In this document: positions 47,913 to 59,690 of the stretch, in pieces
How the letters are laid out: each line of letters opens with the position of its first letter
Position numbering within the stretch: the stretch's first letter is position 1
Origin: Parcubacteria bacterium C7867-004
GTDB lineage: Bacteria > Patescibacteriota > Minisyncoccia > Phycocordibacterales > Phycocordibacteraceae
Reading direction: 5' to 3'
Assembly (NCBI GenBank): GCA_001189075.1
Contig: LFCN01000006.1
Coordinates: 169,384 to 233,383, forward strand
Length of the DNA: 64,000 nt
Translations under genes and position numbers: made by a program
The notes under the pieces: generated by a model
What the model saw: the letters and a program-made list of their open reading frames with translations, nothing else
The model's database searches: none
Told to the model about the DNA's origin: nothing

Positions 47913-48636
47913 GCTCGGCCTCCACGATAAGAGGGAGATGATCGGAAAAGCGCGACCCGCTCGGTGCGGCAACGTCTGTCACATCGAAATGATCGCTCAA
48001 GAAGAGTACCTGAAGCCCGTGGCGCGGTCCCCACGACGGATAGCCGGGCTTGCAGACGTGGGTCAGTCCTATCGAATCGAGCGGACCGAAGACCGCATGA
48101 TCGCGCTCGTTGAAATCGCCGCCGAGTATTACAGGCCCGGGAGTGCGCACGATGATCTCTGCAAGCTCCTTAAGCTGCGCGAGCCTGACTTTCGCGCCGA
48201 GCGCGAGATGCGCGACGAACACGGTGATCTTCGCTCCATCGTATTCGATAATCGTCTCTCCGAGTACGCGTGGATTCGAAGAGCTCCGAAGCGGATGTAT
48301 CTTCGTATCGCTCATAGGGTAGCGGCTCGCAATAGCGTTCCCTTCGTTTATGGAAGTACCCATCGAGCGCGTGGGGAAGAAATGGGTATAGGAAAGGCCG
48401 GCATGCTCGGACACCGTGGTTATCTGGGAGGCATAGCGCGAGCGGCGCGAGCCGGCCTCTACTTCCGTGAGGAGGGCGATATCGACGCTCTCGCTCTTCA
48501 GGAATTGGCCCGCATCCTCTATGGGAAGTCCGGGGTGCGGTAACAGATACCGCCAGCCCCGCGTGAGGTACTGCCCATATCCCTTTGTTACGCCTATTCC
48601 GGACTGCAGATTCATGACGGCGATATGGAGAGGCAT
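47842..48636 (-). CDS. Endonuclease/exonuclease/phosphatase (EEP) family protein
   Basis: DIALLTEVE, GGDFNE and SDHLPL blocks. The 3' end overlaps the convergent upstream ORF by about 70 nt. Confidence 0.6.
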   Translation of the reverse strand: MPLHIAVMNLQSGIGVTKGYGQYLTRGWRYLLPHPGLPIEDAGQFLKSESVDIALLTEVEAGSRRSRYASQITTVSEHAGLSYTHFFPTRSMGTSINEGNAIASRYPMSDTKIHPLRSSSNPRVLGETIIEYDGAKITVFVAHLALGAKVRLAQLKELAEIIVRTPGPVILGGDFNERDHAVFGPLDSIGLTHVCKPGYPSWGPRHGLQVLFLSDHFDVTDVAAPSGSRFSDHLPLIVEAELTPRSAPQPFASSPIVGSRAPHH

Positions 48637-48724
48637 GTTCCAATCCTACGCCCCTGAACAAGAAGATTTGAGGAAGACGGGGATTCGGGCTCTATCTGGG
48701 CCAGATAGGTGCTATCGTTCGGGT

Positions 48725-49114
48725 ATGACCAAAGGACAGCACCTGCCGACCTGGCACGAGAAGCATAAGGATACGCGGAGCGTAGGCGACCGGCTTGCGG
48801 ATATGATATCGGCCGCATTCGGTTCTTGGACGTTCATGTTCGTGCACATGCTCTGGTTCTTCGTCTGGATCGTCTTCAAAGTAGAGCCGTACCCGTTCGG
48901 CTTGCTGACGATGATCGTATCCCTCGAGGCGATCTTCCTCTCGATGTTCATCATGATCAGCCAGAACCGGCAGGCGGACCGTGATAGGCATCAGGCGCTT
49001 GATGATTATCGAACGAATGTGGAGGCAAAAGTTGAGATTGAGAAGCTGCAGCAAGACCTATCGAGAATTGAGAACGAAAAGCTCGATAAGATACTGGCGC
49101 TAGTCGATAAATAA
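48725..49114 (+). CDS. DUF1003-like membrane protein
   Basis: LADMISAAFGSWTFMFVHMLWFFVWIVF…SLEAIFLSMFIMISQNRQ followed by a coiled-coil tail. The start is moved to ATG 48725 to avoid overlap with the divergent gene. Confidence 0.5.
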   Translation: MTKGQHLPTWHEKHKDTRSVGDRLADMISAAFGSWTFMFVHMLWFFVWIVFKVEPYPFGLLTMIVSLEAIFLSMFIMISQNRQADRDRHQALDDYRTNVEAKVEIEKLQQDLSRIENEKLDKILALVDK

Positions 49115-49117
49115 GAG

Positions 49118-50944
<1,827 letters not shown>

Positions 50945-51062
50945 AGGTATAAGGTATTGCGGTTAGTGTTCGGGAAGTATAACTCCTTTGGAGAGGGAAG
51001 GGGTGCGGACTGAAAATTGAAAGAATGGGGGAAATCGGCTAGGATGGGTCGGTGCGATAGAA

Positions 51063-51134
51063 GCCGATGTAGCTCAGGGGTAGAGCAACTCCATGGTAAG
51101 GAGTAGGTCGGCAGTTCAATTCTGCCCATCGGCT
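51063..51134 (+). tRNA. tRNA-Thr (GGT), no encoded CCA
   Basis: GCCGATG TA GCTC AGGGGTA GAGC A ACTCC ATGGTAA GGAGT AGGTC GGCAG TTCAATT CTGCC CATCGGC T. Confidence 0.85.
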
Positions 51135-51138
51135 CAAC

Positions 51139-51774
51139 ATGACTGAACAACCGCAAGGAGAGTACAAGCGCGCGACTCGCGGGCGCATGATCGTGCTCAC
51201 GTTCACGATCCTCTATATCGCCGCCGCCGCGGTGTACTTCTATACGACCGGCGTGAAGGAGTTCACGCTGTACCTCGCGGTCCTGCTCGGGCTCGTCGCG
51301 TTTGTCGCATGGACCCTGCCGCGCACGAAGCTCCCTACCTGGGCACTCTGGTGCCTTTCCATCCTCGGACTCCTGCATGCGCTTGGTGGCGGCGTAATAG
51401 TTAATGGAGACGTGCTCTATAACCTGGTGCTCATTCCGATTATCGACAACGGCGTAAACGGCGTTACGATCTGGCGCTTCGATCAGCTCGTGCATCCGTT
51501 TGGCACCGCGATCGGAGCTATCATCATCTATTTCTTCATCGCGCGAGCCTCGAAACTCCCGCGTGTATGGATGGTGGTCCTCGCGGCTCTTGCGGCGATG
51601 GGGCTCGGCGCACTTAACGAGGTGATCGAATTCATCACAAAGCTCACCATCCCGAATACGGAAGTAGGAGGGTACAGCAATACAGCAATCGACCTCTGCG
51701 CAAATCTCATAGGCTCGCTCGTTGGCGCAGCATTCGCGGCGCTTCGTTGGGGCAAGCGTCCTCCGGAAGCTTGA
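51139..51774 (+). CDS. Polytopic hypothetical membrane protein
   Basis: Five or six hydrophobic helices and no motif recognised. Begins 5 nt after the tRNA, so the start is uncertain. Confidence 0.4.
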   Translation: MTEQPQGEYKRATRGRMIVLTFTILYIAAAAVYFYTTGVKEFTLYLAVLLGLVAFVAWTLPRTKLPTWALWCLSILGLLHALGGGVIVNGDVLYNLVLIPIIDNGVNGVTIWRFDQLVHPFGTAIGAIIIYFFIARASKLPRVWMVVLAALAAMGLGALNEVIEFITKLTIPNTEVGGYSNTAIDLCANLIGSLVGAAFAALRWGKRPPEA

Positions 51775-51816
51775 TAGGGAGCGGATTTACCGTTATTGTA
51801 GCGAAGTCGTCGAAAC

Positions 51817-51892
51817 GCCGAAGTAGCTCAGTTGGTAGAGCGTGTCACTCGTAACGACAAGGTCGCCGGTTCAATCCCGGCCTTCGGCTCCA
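51817..51892 (+). tRNA. tRNA-Thr (CGT), with encoded CCA
   Basis: GCCGAAG TA GCTC AGTTGGTA GAGC G TGTCA CTCGTAA CGACA AGGTC GCCGG TTCAATC CCGGC CTTCGGC T CCA. Confidence 0.85.
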
Positions 51893-51898
51893 CATAAA

Positions 51899-51935
51899 CG
51901 AAAGCCGGGAGACAAATGTCTCCCGGCTTTCGTTA
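51899..51935 (+). terminator. Rho-independent terminator
   Basis: aaagccgggaga-caaat-gtctcccggcttt-cgtta. Confidence 0.6.
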
Positions 51936-52069
51936 TGCGCCAGGACATTCAAAGCAGTGCTCCGAACGTCCCGTCGCGAAGAACATCCTCTATAGGTATA
52001 GCAGTTACTGATATGAAAAAGATAAAGAAAAGCCGCCTGACCGGGTTGGTCAGGCGGACGGGCTCAAGA

Positions 52070-52810
52070 TCACAGATCGAAAATCCACCACGCGTCCTTG
52101 AATTTCCGAAGGTTAAAGGTGGTCTTACGCATCTTCGGGTGATAGTCGCCTACAGATACATAAAACCTCGGATATTCGATGTCGCCACCGTACAGTTTCC
52201 GGATCACCGAAGCACGTACCACGAATGTCTCCTTCGGTAGTCCTGGGATATTAACGACGAAGATGCACGCATAGATTCCAGGCAGCATCCCTGTTGAGAT
52301 ATGGAACGCAGCGTATCGCTGGCCATCAGTCGGTCGGATTTCGCTTTCCCGACTGTACGCGCGAATGTAGCGGTCTCCGATCCGATATGCCAAGTGGGGT
52401 CCGCGCGTGATCGGGATCCCCTCATAATCTATGACTGGGACAAGAGTCTTGCTATGTCGCGCTGCCTCCTCGATCAGATGGATACTCAGCGAGTCGCTAT
52501 TCGCTGCGTCGAGCTCTTTCCTAAGCTCCGCTTCTCTCACGGCGATTGCTCGAAGCCGTAAACGTTGGCAGAGCATCTCCATTCTGGGTCCGAGATGGAT
52601 CTTGAACCATCGGTTGTACGTGTAATGAGCGGCTTGGCGCGTACCCCCGATCGCATGACCCACCTCCTCCAGACTCATCTCACTTGTATACAGCCTCCAA
52701 AGTTGGCTGTAAGTCTTATGGTGACAGCGAGCGGATGCGGGTCTCAAGTTGAACTCGATAGCCGTTTTGCGCACCGCTGCCGTATCTATCGGCCTTTCGT
52801 ATACACTCAC
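52070..52810 (-). CDS. Hypothetical protein with an HTH-like segment
   Basis: [26 protein letters not shown]-like stretch. No catalytic motif seen. Followed by its own hairpin (52029-52057). Confidence 0.4.
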   Translation of the reverse strand: MSVYERPIDTAAVRKTAIEFNLRPASARCHHKTYSQLWRLYTSEMSLEEVGHAIGGTRQAAHYTYNRWFKIHLGPRMEMLCQRLRLRAIAVREAELRKELDAANSDSLSIHLIEEAARHSKTLVPVIDYEGIPITRGPHLAYRIGDRYIRAYSRESEIRPTDGQRYAAFHISTGMLPGIYACIFVVNIPGLPKETFVVRASVIRKLYGGDIEYPRFYVSVGDYHPKMRKTTFNLRKFKDAWWIFDL

Positions 52811-52904
52811 GGCTGTATCCCTACTTTGTGACAGAACTAGTCCCGCTCCTTATACCAGAGAAAGACTGATTAGCAAAAAACGTCCCATCGTTTACACTCA
52901 ATCG

Positions 52905-53780
52905 ATGAACGGGAACGAGGAACGTATCGCAGAGCTCGAAGCCTTAATGGCTGAGCCCGATTTCTGGGCGGATAAGGACGAAGCCCAGCGTCGCATTGCG
53001 GAGTACCAGAGCCTCAAGGAGGGCGGAAGCGGGGACGATCACGATTCAGGATCCGCTACCATCGGCATACTCGCCGGAGCCGGAGGCGACGACGCGGAGG
53101 ACTTCGTGCGCATGCTCCGCCGGATGTATGAAGGGTACGCGAGCAAGAAGGGATGGAGCGCCTGGGAACTGCATGCTAACGAGAACGATCAGGGCGGATA
53201 CCGAAACGTATTGCTCGAGATCCCAGGAAAGGGCGCCTACGGTAGATTGAAGAACGAGGCGGGCGTGCATCGCCTCGTGCGCATCTCTCCCTTCAACTCG
53301 AATGCGAAGCGGCAGACCTCGTTCGCACTTGTCGAAGTCCTTCCGAAACTCGTCGGAAATGAAGCTATCGAGCTCAAGCCCGACGACCTGGAGATACAGT
53401 TCGCCCGCGCGGGAGGAGCCGGCGGCCAGAACGTGAACAAGCGGGAGACCGCGGTCCGTATCGTTCACACCCCGTCGGGTGTATCGGCCCATGTCTCGAG
53501 CGAGCGCAGCCAGCTGGCTAACCGCGAGAAGGCGCTCGCGCTGGTTAAAGCGAAACTCTTCCGGATGGAAGAGGATAAGCGCCTTGCCGAAGCGAAGGGC
53601 CGCTCTATTGCTGCCACAACTGCCAACGAATGGGGGAGTCAGATGCGCTCCTACGTCCTTCATCCCTATAAACTGGTGAAGGATCATGTAACAGGGGCGG
53701 AATCGCACGATCCGGATGGTGTTTTGGAAGGAGACCTGGATACCTTCATAGACGCCTCGACCGAGGGTACGGTATACTAA
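52905..53780 (+). CDS. prfB: Peptide chain release factor 2 (short form), single uninterrupted frame
   Basis: SPF tripeptide ([16 protein letters not shown]) and GGQ motif ([17 protein letters not shown]). The start is moved to ATG 52905. No internal frameshift site. Confidence 0.85.
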   Translation: MNGNEERIAELEALMAEPDFWADKDEAQRRIAEYQSLKEGGSGDDHDSGSATIGILAGAGGDDAEDFVRMLRRMYEGYASKKGWSAWELHANENDQGGYRNVLLEIPGKGAYGRLKNEAGVHRLVRISPFNSNAKRQTSFALVEVLPKLVGNEAIELKPDDLEIQFARAGGAGGQNVNKRETAVRIVHTPSGVSAHVSSERSQLANREKALALVKAKLFRMEEDKRLAEAKGRSIAATTANEWGSQMRSYVLHPYKLVKDHVTGAESHDPDGVLEGDLDTFIDASTEGTVY

Positions 53781-53790
53781 CCCTCGTTGT

Positions 53791-54471
53791 ATGATCTATT
53801 TCGATAAGGTCTCAAAGATCCACCGTGACGGCACTCCTGCCCTCGAAGATGTCACGCTCTCCATCTCACCTAAAGAGTTCGTTTCCATCGTCGGACACTC
53901 CGGCGCCGGCAAGACCACCCTTATAAAAATGCTCCTCGCAGAAGACCGGCCTACCGAAGGTACGGTCTTCTTCGAATCCGCGGATGTGCACGCGTTCCCG
54001 AAGAGCAAGCTCCATCACTACCGACGCAAGATCGGCACCGTGTTCCAGGATTTCCGCCTTATCCCGAACAAGACTGCATATGAGAACATCGCCTTCGCCA
54101 TGGAAGCAGCAGGGCGGCCCGAAGACGAGATTCGCTCCGACGTGCCGCATATTCTCGACCTCGTCGATCTGGGCGGGAAGGGCCATCACTTCCCGAACCA
54201 GCTCTCCGGAGGCGAGCAGCAGCGCATCGCTATCGGTCGCGCGATCATCAACCAGCCCGATCTCATCGTCGCGGACGAGCCGACCGGCAACCTCGATCCG
54301 GTGAATACGTACGAGATCATGGATATCCTGAAGAAGATCAACGAGCTCGGCACCACCGTCCTCATCACCACGCATAACAAGGGCGTGGTCGATTCGATCG
54401 GTCGTCGCGTCATCACGATGGATAGGGGGCGCATCGTGAGGGACGATATGCAGGGGCAATACGTGCTGTAA
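53791..54471 (+). CDS. ftsE: Cell-division ABC ATPase FtsE
   Basis: Walker [10 protein letters not shown], signature LSGGEQQR and Walker [13 protein letters not shown]. Confidence 0.85.
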   Translation: MIYFDKVSKIHRDGTPALEDVTLSISPKEFVSIVGHSGAGKTTLIKMLLAEDRPTEGTVFFESADVHAFPKSKLHHYRRKIGTVFQDFRLIPNKTAYENIAFAMEAAGRPEDEIRSDVPHILDLVDLGGKGHHFPNQLSGGEQQRIAIGRAIINQPDLIVADEPTGNLDPVNTYEIMDILKKINELGTTVLITTHNKGVVDSIGRRVITMDRGRIVRDDMQGQYVL

Positions 54472-54486
54472 CATACTCAAATCTTT

Positions 54487-55410
54487 ATGTGGATGATGAT
54501 CAAGCGGATGGTAGCGACAGGAGCGAAGAATTTCGTCCGTAGCGGCGCCGTCTCCTTCGCGACCGTGCTCGTCATGACCGTAACGCTCGCGATCATCGGT
54601 TCGCTCATCTTCCTCTCGGCGATACTGGGGAATACCCTCAGTGCGCTTGAGGACAAGGTGGACGTGAACGTCTACTTCGTCACGAACGCGCAGGAGCGCG
54701 ACATCATCGCTATCAAGGAGCGCCTCGAGGATATACCGGAAGTGAGCGCAGTTACCTACACCACTCGCGAAGACCGTCTCGCTGAGTTCCGTACTCGTCA
54801 TGAGAACGATCAGCTCACGCTCCAGGCGCTCGACGAGCTCAATGACAACCCGCTCGGTGCCGCACTTTCCGTAAAGGCCAAGGACCCGTCGCAGTACCAG
54901 GGAATAGTGGAGTTCCTCGAGGAGGATCCTTCGATCTCTCCAGCCGGCGGTCCGATTATCGACAGCATCAACTATTTCCAGAACAAGACCGTCATCGACC
55001 GCCTCACAAGCGCCATCAACGCGACTGAACGCGCCGGACTCGTGATCGTCATTATCTTCGCACTCGCGTCGACCATCATAGCGCTCGCTACTATCCGGCT
55101 CGCTATCTACACCGCGCGCGACGAGATCGCGGTCATGCGACTGGTGGGAGCTTCAAACGCCTATATCCGCGGACCATTCATCGTTGCGGGCGTTATCTCA
55201 GGGCTTCTGGCTTCCATACTCGCGCTCCTCCTCTTCTATCCTGCTACCTGGTATGCGGGAACAGCGCTCCAGAACTGGCTCGGCGGATTCAACCTCTTCT
55301 CGTACTATATGTCGCACTTCGGCATGGTCTTCTCGATCCTTGTCGGCTCGGGCATCTTGCTCGGTGCGCTCGCGTCGTGGTTAGCAGTTCGTCGGTATCT
55401 CAAAATCTAA
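54487..55410 (+). CDS. ftsX: Cell-division permease-like protein FtsX
   Basis: N-terminal TM, an extracytoplasmic domain and three C-terminal TM helices. Immediately downstream of ftsE. Confidence 0.75.
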   Translation: MWMMIKRMVATGAKNFVRSGAVSFATVLVMTVTLAIIGSLIFLSAILGNTLSALEDKVDVNVYFVTNAQERDIIAIKERLEDIPEVSAVTYTTREDRLAEFRTRHENDQLTLQALDELNDNPLGAALSVKAKDPSQYQGIVEFLEEDPSISPAGGPIIDSINYFQNKTVIDRLTSAINATERAGLVIVIIFALASTIIALATIRLAIYTARDEIAVMRLVGASNAYIRGPFIVAGVISGLLASILALLLFYPATWYAGTALQNWLGGFNLFSYYMSHFGMVFSILVGSGILLGALASWLAVRRYLKI

Positions 55411-55411
55411 T

Positions 55412-57052
55412 ATGGCAAGTGAAGGACCTAAATACATATTCGTCGTCGGCGGGGTAATGTCGGGCGTCGGGAAGGGAGTCGCGACGTCCGCTATCGGCCG
55501 GATACTGAAGAGCAAGGGGTTGAACGTTACGGCGCTCAAGATAGATCCATACATCAACGTGGATGCCGGAACGATGAATCCGACGGAGCATGGCGAGTGC
55601 TTCGTGCTCGGCGATGGCGATGAGTGCGACCAGGACATGGGCAACTACGAGCGCTTCCTCGATATCGATCTTTCGCGCGGCAACTACATGACCACCGGGC
55701 GCGTCTATCTCGAGGTTATAAAACGCGAGCGCAATCTCGAATACAAAGGACGCAATGTTGAAGTGGTGCCGGATATCCCGCTCGAGGTTATTCGCCGCAT
55801 CGAAGCAGCGCAGCAGGCGGCAAACGCCGACGTCACTCTCATCGAGGTGGGAGGCACTATCGGCGAATACCAGAACATCATCTTCCTCGAAGCGGTGCGC
55901 ATGATGAAGATGAAGAAGCCGCGGGACGTCGCTATCGTGATGGTGTCGTACGTGCCGATTCCGGGCAATATCGGCGAGATGAAAACCAAGCCGACGCAGT
56001 ACGCCTCTCGTTCGCTCAACTCCGTCGGGCTTCAGGCGGATATCATACTTGCTCGCGCCGCTCGTCCGCTCGACGAGAAGCGCAAGGAGAAGATCGGCGT
56101 CTTCTGCAACATCCCGACCGAGAACGTGATCTCAGCACCCGACGTCGCGAGCATCTATGACGTGCCGCTCAATTATGAGAAGGACGGTCTCGGAAAGATC
56201 CTTTGCGATGTTCTCGGGCTCGAGGATCGTCCGGCAGATATGAAGGATTGGGAAGCGTTCGTCGAGAGCTCGAAGAACACGACGAAGGAGCTTTCGATAG
56301 CGGTTGTAGGGAAGTATTTCGATACGGGAGATTTCGTGCTCGCCGATTCTTACATATCCGTCCTTGAAGCGCTCAAGGCAGCCGGGTATGCACAGGGGGT
56401 TAAGGTGAAGCTCTCATACCTCGATTCCGAGGAATACGAGAAAGACCCGAGCAAGCTCTCCGATCTCTCGCAATACGCAGGCATCGTCGTTCCGGGCGGA
56501 TTCGGCACCCGAGGCATCGAAGGCATCATAGCTAGCATAGGCTACGCGCGCGAAAACAAGATCCCGTACTTCGGTCTCTGCTACGGCATGCAGCTGGCCA
56601 TCATCGAGTATGCACGAACTAAAGCGGGCATCGAAGGTGCCACTACTGAAGAGGCGGATGCTGCTGCCGTTCACCCGGTTATTGGCGTCATGAACGATCA
56701 GAAAGAGAAGCTTACGAAGAATGATTACGGAGGCACGATGCGTCTCGGTACGTACCCCTGCGTACTTACGCCCGGAACCGTTGCTGCCAGCGCATACGGC
56801 AAAGAGCAGATCAATGAGCGCCATCGCCATCGCTATGAGGTGAATCCGGCATACATCGAGCAGCTCACGAATGCGGGCCTCGTCTTCTCCGGAAAATCCC
56901 CGGACGGCCGGCTCATGGAAATAGCGGAGCTTCCCGTAAGCGAGCACCCGTTCTTCCTCGGTACTCAGTTCCATCCGGAACTCCTCTCGCGTCCGCTTAC
57001 GCCGCATCCGCTCTTCAGCGCGTTCCTCAAGGCAGCAGGAGAGAAAGGATAA
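55412..57052 (+). CDS. pyrG: CTP synthase
   Basis: KYIFVVGGVMSGVGKG N-terminus and a C-terminal GATase with GLCYGMQ (Cys nucleophile) and H…E. Confidence 0.9.
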   Translation: MASEGPKYIFVVGGVMSGVGKGVATSAIGRILKSKGLNVTALKIDPYINVDAGTMNPTEHGECFVLGDGDECDQDMGNYERFLDIDLSRGNYMTTGRVYLEVIKRERNLEYKGRNVEVVPDIPLEVIRRIEAAQQAANADVTLIEVGGTIGEYQNIIFLEAVRMMKMKKPRDVAIVMVSYVPIPGNIGEMKTKPTQYASRSLNSVGLQADIILARAARPLDEKRKEKIGVFCNIPTENVISAPDVASIYDVPLNYEKDGLGKILCDVLGLEDRPADMKDWEAFVESSKNTTKELSIAVVGKYFDTGDFVLADSYISVLEALKAAGYAQGVKVKLSYLDSEEYEKDPSKLSDLSQYAGIVVPGGFGTRGIEGIIASIGYARENKIPYFGLCYGMQLAIIEYARTKAGIEGATTEEADAAAVHPVIGVMNDQKEKLTKNDYGGTMRLGTYPCVLTPGTVAASAYGKEQINERHRHRYEVNPAYIEQLTNAGLVFSGKSPDGRLMEIAELPVSEHPFFLGTQFHPELLSRPLTPHPLFSAFLKAAGEKG

Positions 57053-57055
57053 CGT

Positions 57056-57817
57056 ATGCCGCTCTCGTTCGTTCATCTGAACATCGAACGGGATCGGCAT
57101 CTCGATCGCATCGGTCCATTCCTCAAAGAACGGATGCCGGATGTGGTCTGTCTCCAGGAACTTCTCTTGGAAGACGTTCCGCACCTTGAGTCCCTACTTG
57201 GTGCCCGCTGCTTCTTCGTTCCGATGATGTACGTGCAGCATCCACGAGGACGCGTAACCGAAGGCGTGGGTATTTTTTCACGTTTCCCTATAGCCGCTAC
57301 TAGCGAGCACTGGATCGGAGGGAAAGAGGGCGAACTCGTCGACTATATAGACACGGTCCCGGAAGAGAAACTGCTGACCCAACGATATGTCATTGCGATA
57401 GTGGATATCGAGAAGGATGGAGAGACGTATCGGATCGCAACCACGCATTTCCCTGTTACGGTCGGGGGTAGCGAAAGCGACATACAGAACGGGGTTCTCG
57501 ATCGCTTCCTGGAAGTAACAGCGACTCTGGAAGAATTCGTCGTAACGGGGGATTTCAATGCGCCGAGAGGAGGTCCTGCCTTCAGCAGATTATGCGAACG
57601 GTATACGGACAATGTCCCGTCCGCATATATGATGAGCCTCGACCTCACGCTCCACCGCGCAGGAGCGAAGCTTCCTGCAGACATAGCGAAGCTCGGTCTT
57701 CCCGGACTCATGGTTGACGGGGTATTCAGCACGGTGGGCTATCGAGTCGTTGATGTTGAGATGATCTGCGGCGTGAGTGATCATTGCGCGCTCGTAGGGT
57801 CTATCGAGAAGCAATGA
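57056..57817 (+). CDS. Endonuclease/exonuclease/phosphatase (EEP) family protein
   Basis: VVCLQE, GDFNA and SDHCAL blocks. Confidence 0.6.
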   Translation: MPLSFVHLNIERDRHLDRIGPFLKERMPDVVCLQELLLEDVPHLESLLGARCFFVPMMYVQHPRGRVTEGVGIFSRFPIAATSEHWIGGKEGELVDYIDTVPEEKLLTQRYVIAIVDIEKDGETYRIATTHFPVTVGGSESDIQNGVLDRFLEVTATLEEFVVTGDFNAPRGGPAFSRLCERYTDNVPSAYMMSLDLTLHRAGAKLPADIAKLGLPGLMVDGVFSTVGYRVVDVEMICGVSDHCALVGSIEKQ

Positions 57818-57902
57818 TTGTACAGTTTTTATAAGCGTGTTATAGTATTAATGGAAAGCGAGCGTCTGAAGACGCGAGCTGCAGTGGGGAGTTGTCTACG
57901 TA

Positions 57903-58328
57903 ATGGACGAGATTGATATCCACTTGGGCCGGCGTCTTAGGCGCCGGCGTCGCCTGTTGGGGCTGACCCAGCAGGAACTGGCGCACGCGTGCGGGGTCCG
58001 CTTCCAGCAGATCCAGAAATACGAGTGCGCCGCTAATCGCATGTCTGCCGCTCGCCTCTGGCAACTGGCCGAGGCGCTTGAGGTTCCGGTCTCGTACTTC
58101 TACGAGGGCCTGACCCGCGACCAACGCGAGACATTGGAAAGCGAAACCGCGTCGCTCATCGATGAGCGCATGGGAAGCAGAGAAGCGCAGGATCTGATCC
58201 GCGCCTACTACCAGTTGGGTGAACGTCCGCGTCGTCGCCTGCTCGATCTCGCCAAGGCGATGAACGGCGAAGTCGATGGCGACACTTTGGATGAGATCGT
58301 CTCCGACAAGACGCTGCAGGCAGCCTGA
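57903..58328 (+). CDS. XRE-family HTH transcriptional regulator
   Basis: LGRRLRRRRRLLGLTQQELAHACGVRFQQIQKYECAANRMS Cro/C1-type HTH. Confidence 0.7.
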   Translation: MDEIDIHLGRRLRRRRRLLGLTQQELAHACGVRFQQIQKYECAANRMSAARLWQLAEALEVPVSYFYEGLTRDQRETLESETASLIDERMGSREAQDLIRAYYQLGERPRRRLLDLAKAMNGEVDGDTLDEIVSDKTLQAA

Positions 58329-58330
58329 TA

Positions 58331-58372
58331 CGGCAAAGGGCCGGCGACGCGAATGCGTTGCCGGCCCTCTTT
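58331..58372. terminator. Bidirectional terminator hairpin between the XRE gene and metK
   Basis: aaagggccggc-gacgcgaatgcgt-tgccggccctcttt. Confidence 0.55.
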
Positions 58373-58389
58373 CTATACTTTTTGCCTGA

Positions 58390-59442
58390 TTAGAGCGAGA
58401 TGATCTCTTCCCACGGACGACCGGCAACACCGAAGTGTCCATACGCGGCTGTCTCTCGGAAGATAGGACGCTGGAGCCCCAAACGCTCCTGGATAGCGCG
58501 CGGGCGGAAATCAAAGTTCTTAGCGACGATCTCGGAAAGGTTGTTCCCCTCATCGTCGAACGCTTCGACCATCACCGGCTCGACGCGGCCGATCGCATAG
58601 GCGACCGATACGAGCGCCTTCTTCGCGTGACCGTTCGCTACCAAGTTCTTTGCGGCGAAGCGACACATGTATGCCGCCGAGCGGTCCACTTTCGTAGCGT
58701 CCTTTCCGGAGAATGCGCCTCCGCCGTGCGGCATGAGACCTCCGTACGTGTCGACCATGATCTTGCGGCCGGTGAGGCCGGCGTCAGCCTCGAATCCACC
58801 CTGGACGAAGCGTCCGGTAGGGTTAACGAGCAACTCGATGTTCTCGGTGTTCCCGAGGACAGGCAGGAAGAGCTTCTCCGTAAGGTCGCGACGAATGTCC
58901 TCGAGCTCCGCTTCTTCCGTGTGCTGGGTGGAGGTGAGGGCGGTGATGACTTTTCCTTCCTTGATCGTAACCTGGGTCTTTCCGTCGGGGCGCAGATAGG
59001 GAAGCTCTCCTGAGGTGCGAAGCTTCTCGAGCTTGCGTGCGAGCGCGTGCGAAAGAACGACGCCGAGCGGAAGGTATTCCTCGGTTTCGTTGGTCGCGTA
59101 TCCGTACATGATGCCCTGGTCGCCGGCTCCTCCGGTGTCGACGCCCATCGCGATGTCTCCTGACTGCGTCACGACGCGGGAGAGCACGTCGAGCGGCTCG
59201 GTGTAGCCGATGTCCGCGTACACGCTTCGTGCGATCGCCTCATAGTCGACGTCGGCTTTCGTCGTGACCTCGCCGCCGATCATGAGCGTGCCGTGGCTAC
59301 CGAATGTCTCAACCGCAACACGGCTCGTAGGGTCGCCCGTAAGGCAGGCGTCGAGAATGGCGTCCGACATCTGGTCGCAGACCTTGTCAGGGTGCCCGTT
59401 GGTCACGCTCTCCGTTGTGTAATGAGTTAGCGAATGGAACAT
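58390..59442 (-). CDS. metK: S-adenosylmethionine synthetase
   Basis: MFHSLTHYTTESVTNGHPDKVCDQMSDAILD N-terminus, central GAGDQG and C-terminal …GHFGVAGRPWE. The start is moved to the internal Met corresponding to ATG 59442. Confidence 0.9.
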   Translation of the reverse strand: MFHSLTHYTTESVTNGHPDKVCDQMSDAILDACLTGDPTSRVAVETFGSHGTLMIGGEVTTKADVDYEAIARSVYADIGYTEPLDVLSRVVTQSGDIAMGVDTGGAGDQGIMYGYATNETEEYLPLGVVLSHALARKLEKLRTSGELPYLRPDGKTQVTIKEGKVITALTSTQHTEEAELEDIRRDLTEKLFLPVLGNTENIELLVNPTGRFVQGGFEADAGLTGRKIMVDTYGGLMPHGGGAFSGKDATKVDRSAAYMCRFAAKNLVANGHAKKALVSVAYAIGRVEPVMVEAFDDEGNNLSEIVAKNFDFRPRAIQERLGLQRPIFRETAAYGHFGVAGRPWEEIISL

Positions 59443-59470
59443 GAGTACGAATGATTTAGTAGTAGCCGTA

Positions 59471-59625
59471 CCAAACGAAAGCATCTCCCGCGAAGGAGAT
59501 GCTTTCGTAAAGCTAGGCATCGTCCCCCGAGGGGTCTGGGGGCACCGTTTCCGCTAGGAATGGTTGCCGGCAGGTCGTAGGTCCAGGTACCTCGCTGCGC
59601 TCTTGATACTGCGTATTCGGTTGTA
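59471..59625 (-). promoter_or_regulatory. SAM-I (S-box) riboswitch with terminator, in the metK leader
   Basis: Minus-strand RNA …GUAUCAAGAGCGCAGCGAGGUACCUGGACCUACGACCUGCCGGCAACC…GGUGCCC… matches the SAM-I core (AUCAAGAG / GAGG / CUGG / GCCGGCAACC). It is followed by GAAAGCAUCUCC-UUCGC-GGGAGAUGCUUUC-GUUUGGU. Confidence 0.65.
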
Positions 59626-59690
59626 CAGGGGTAGCATAGCACGCGTGTTCTGGGGCGCTATACTTATCCCATACCCCTTAAGCACTACGT

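Noticed and set aside
50945-51062. Possible glmS ribozyme in the glmS leader (minus strand)
   Set aside because: The intergenic region is only about 118 nt and I could not recognise the conserved glmS ribozyme core. A covariance search would settle it.
52905-53780. Programmed +1 frameshift in prfB
   Set aside because: A single continuous ORF encodes SPF and GGQ. No internal in-frame TGA with an upstream Shine-Dalgarno-like element was seen.
53866-54801. 311-aa minus-strand ORF spanning ftsE-ftsX
   Set aside because: Antisense to two well-supported genes. No motifs.
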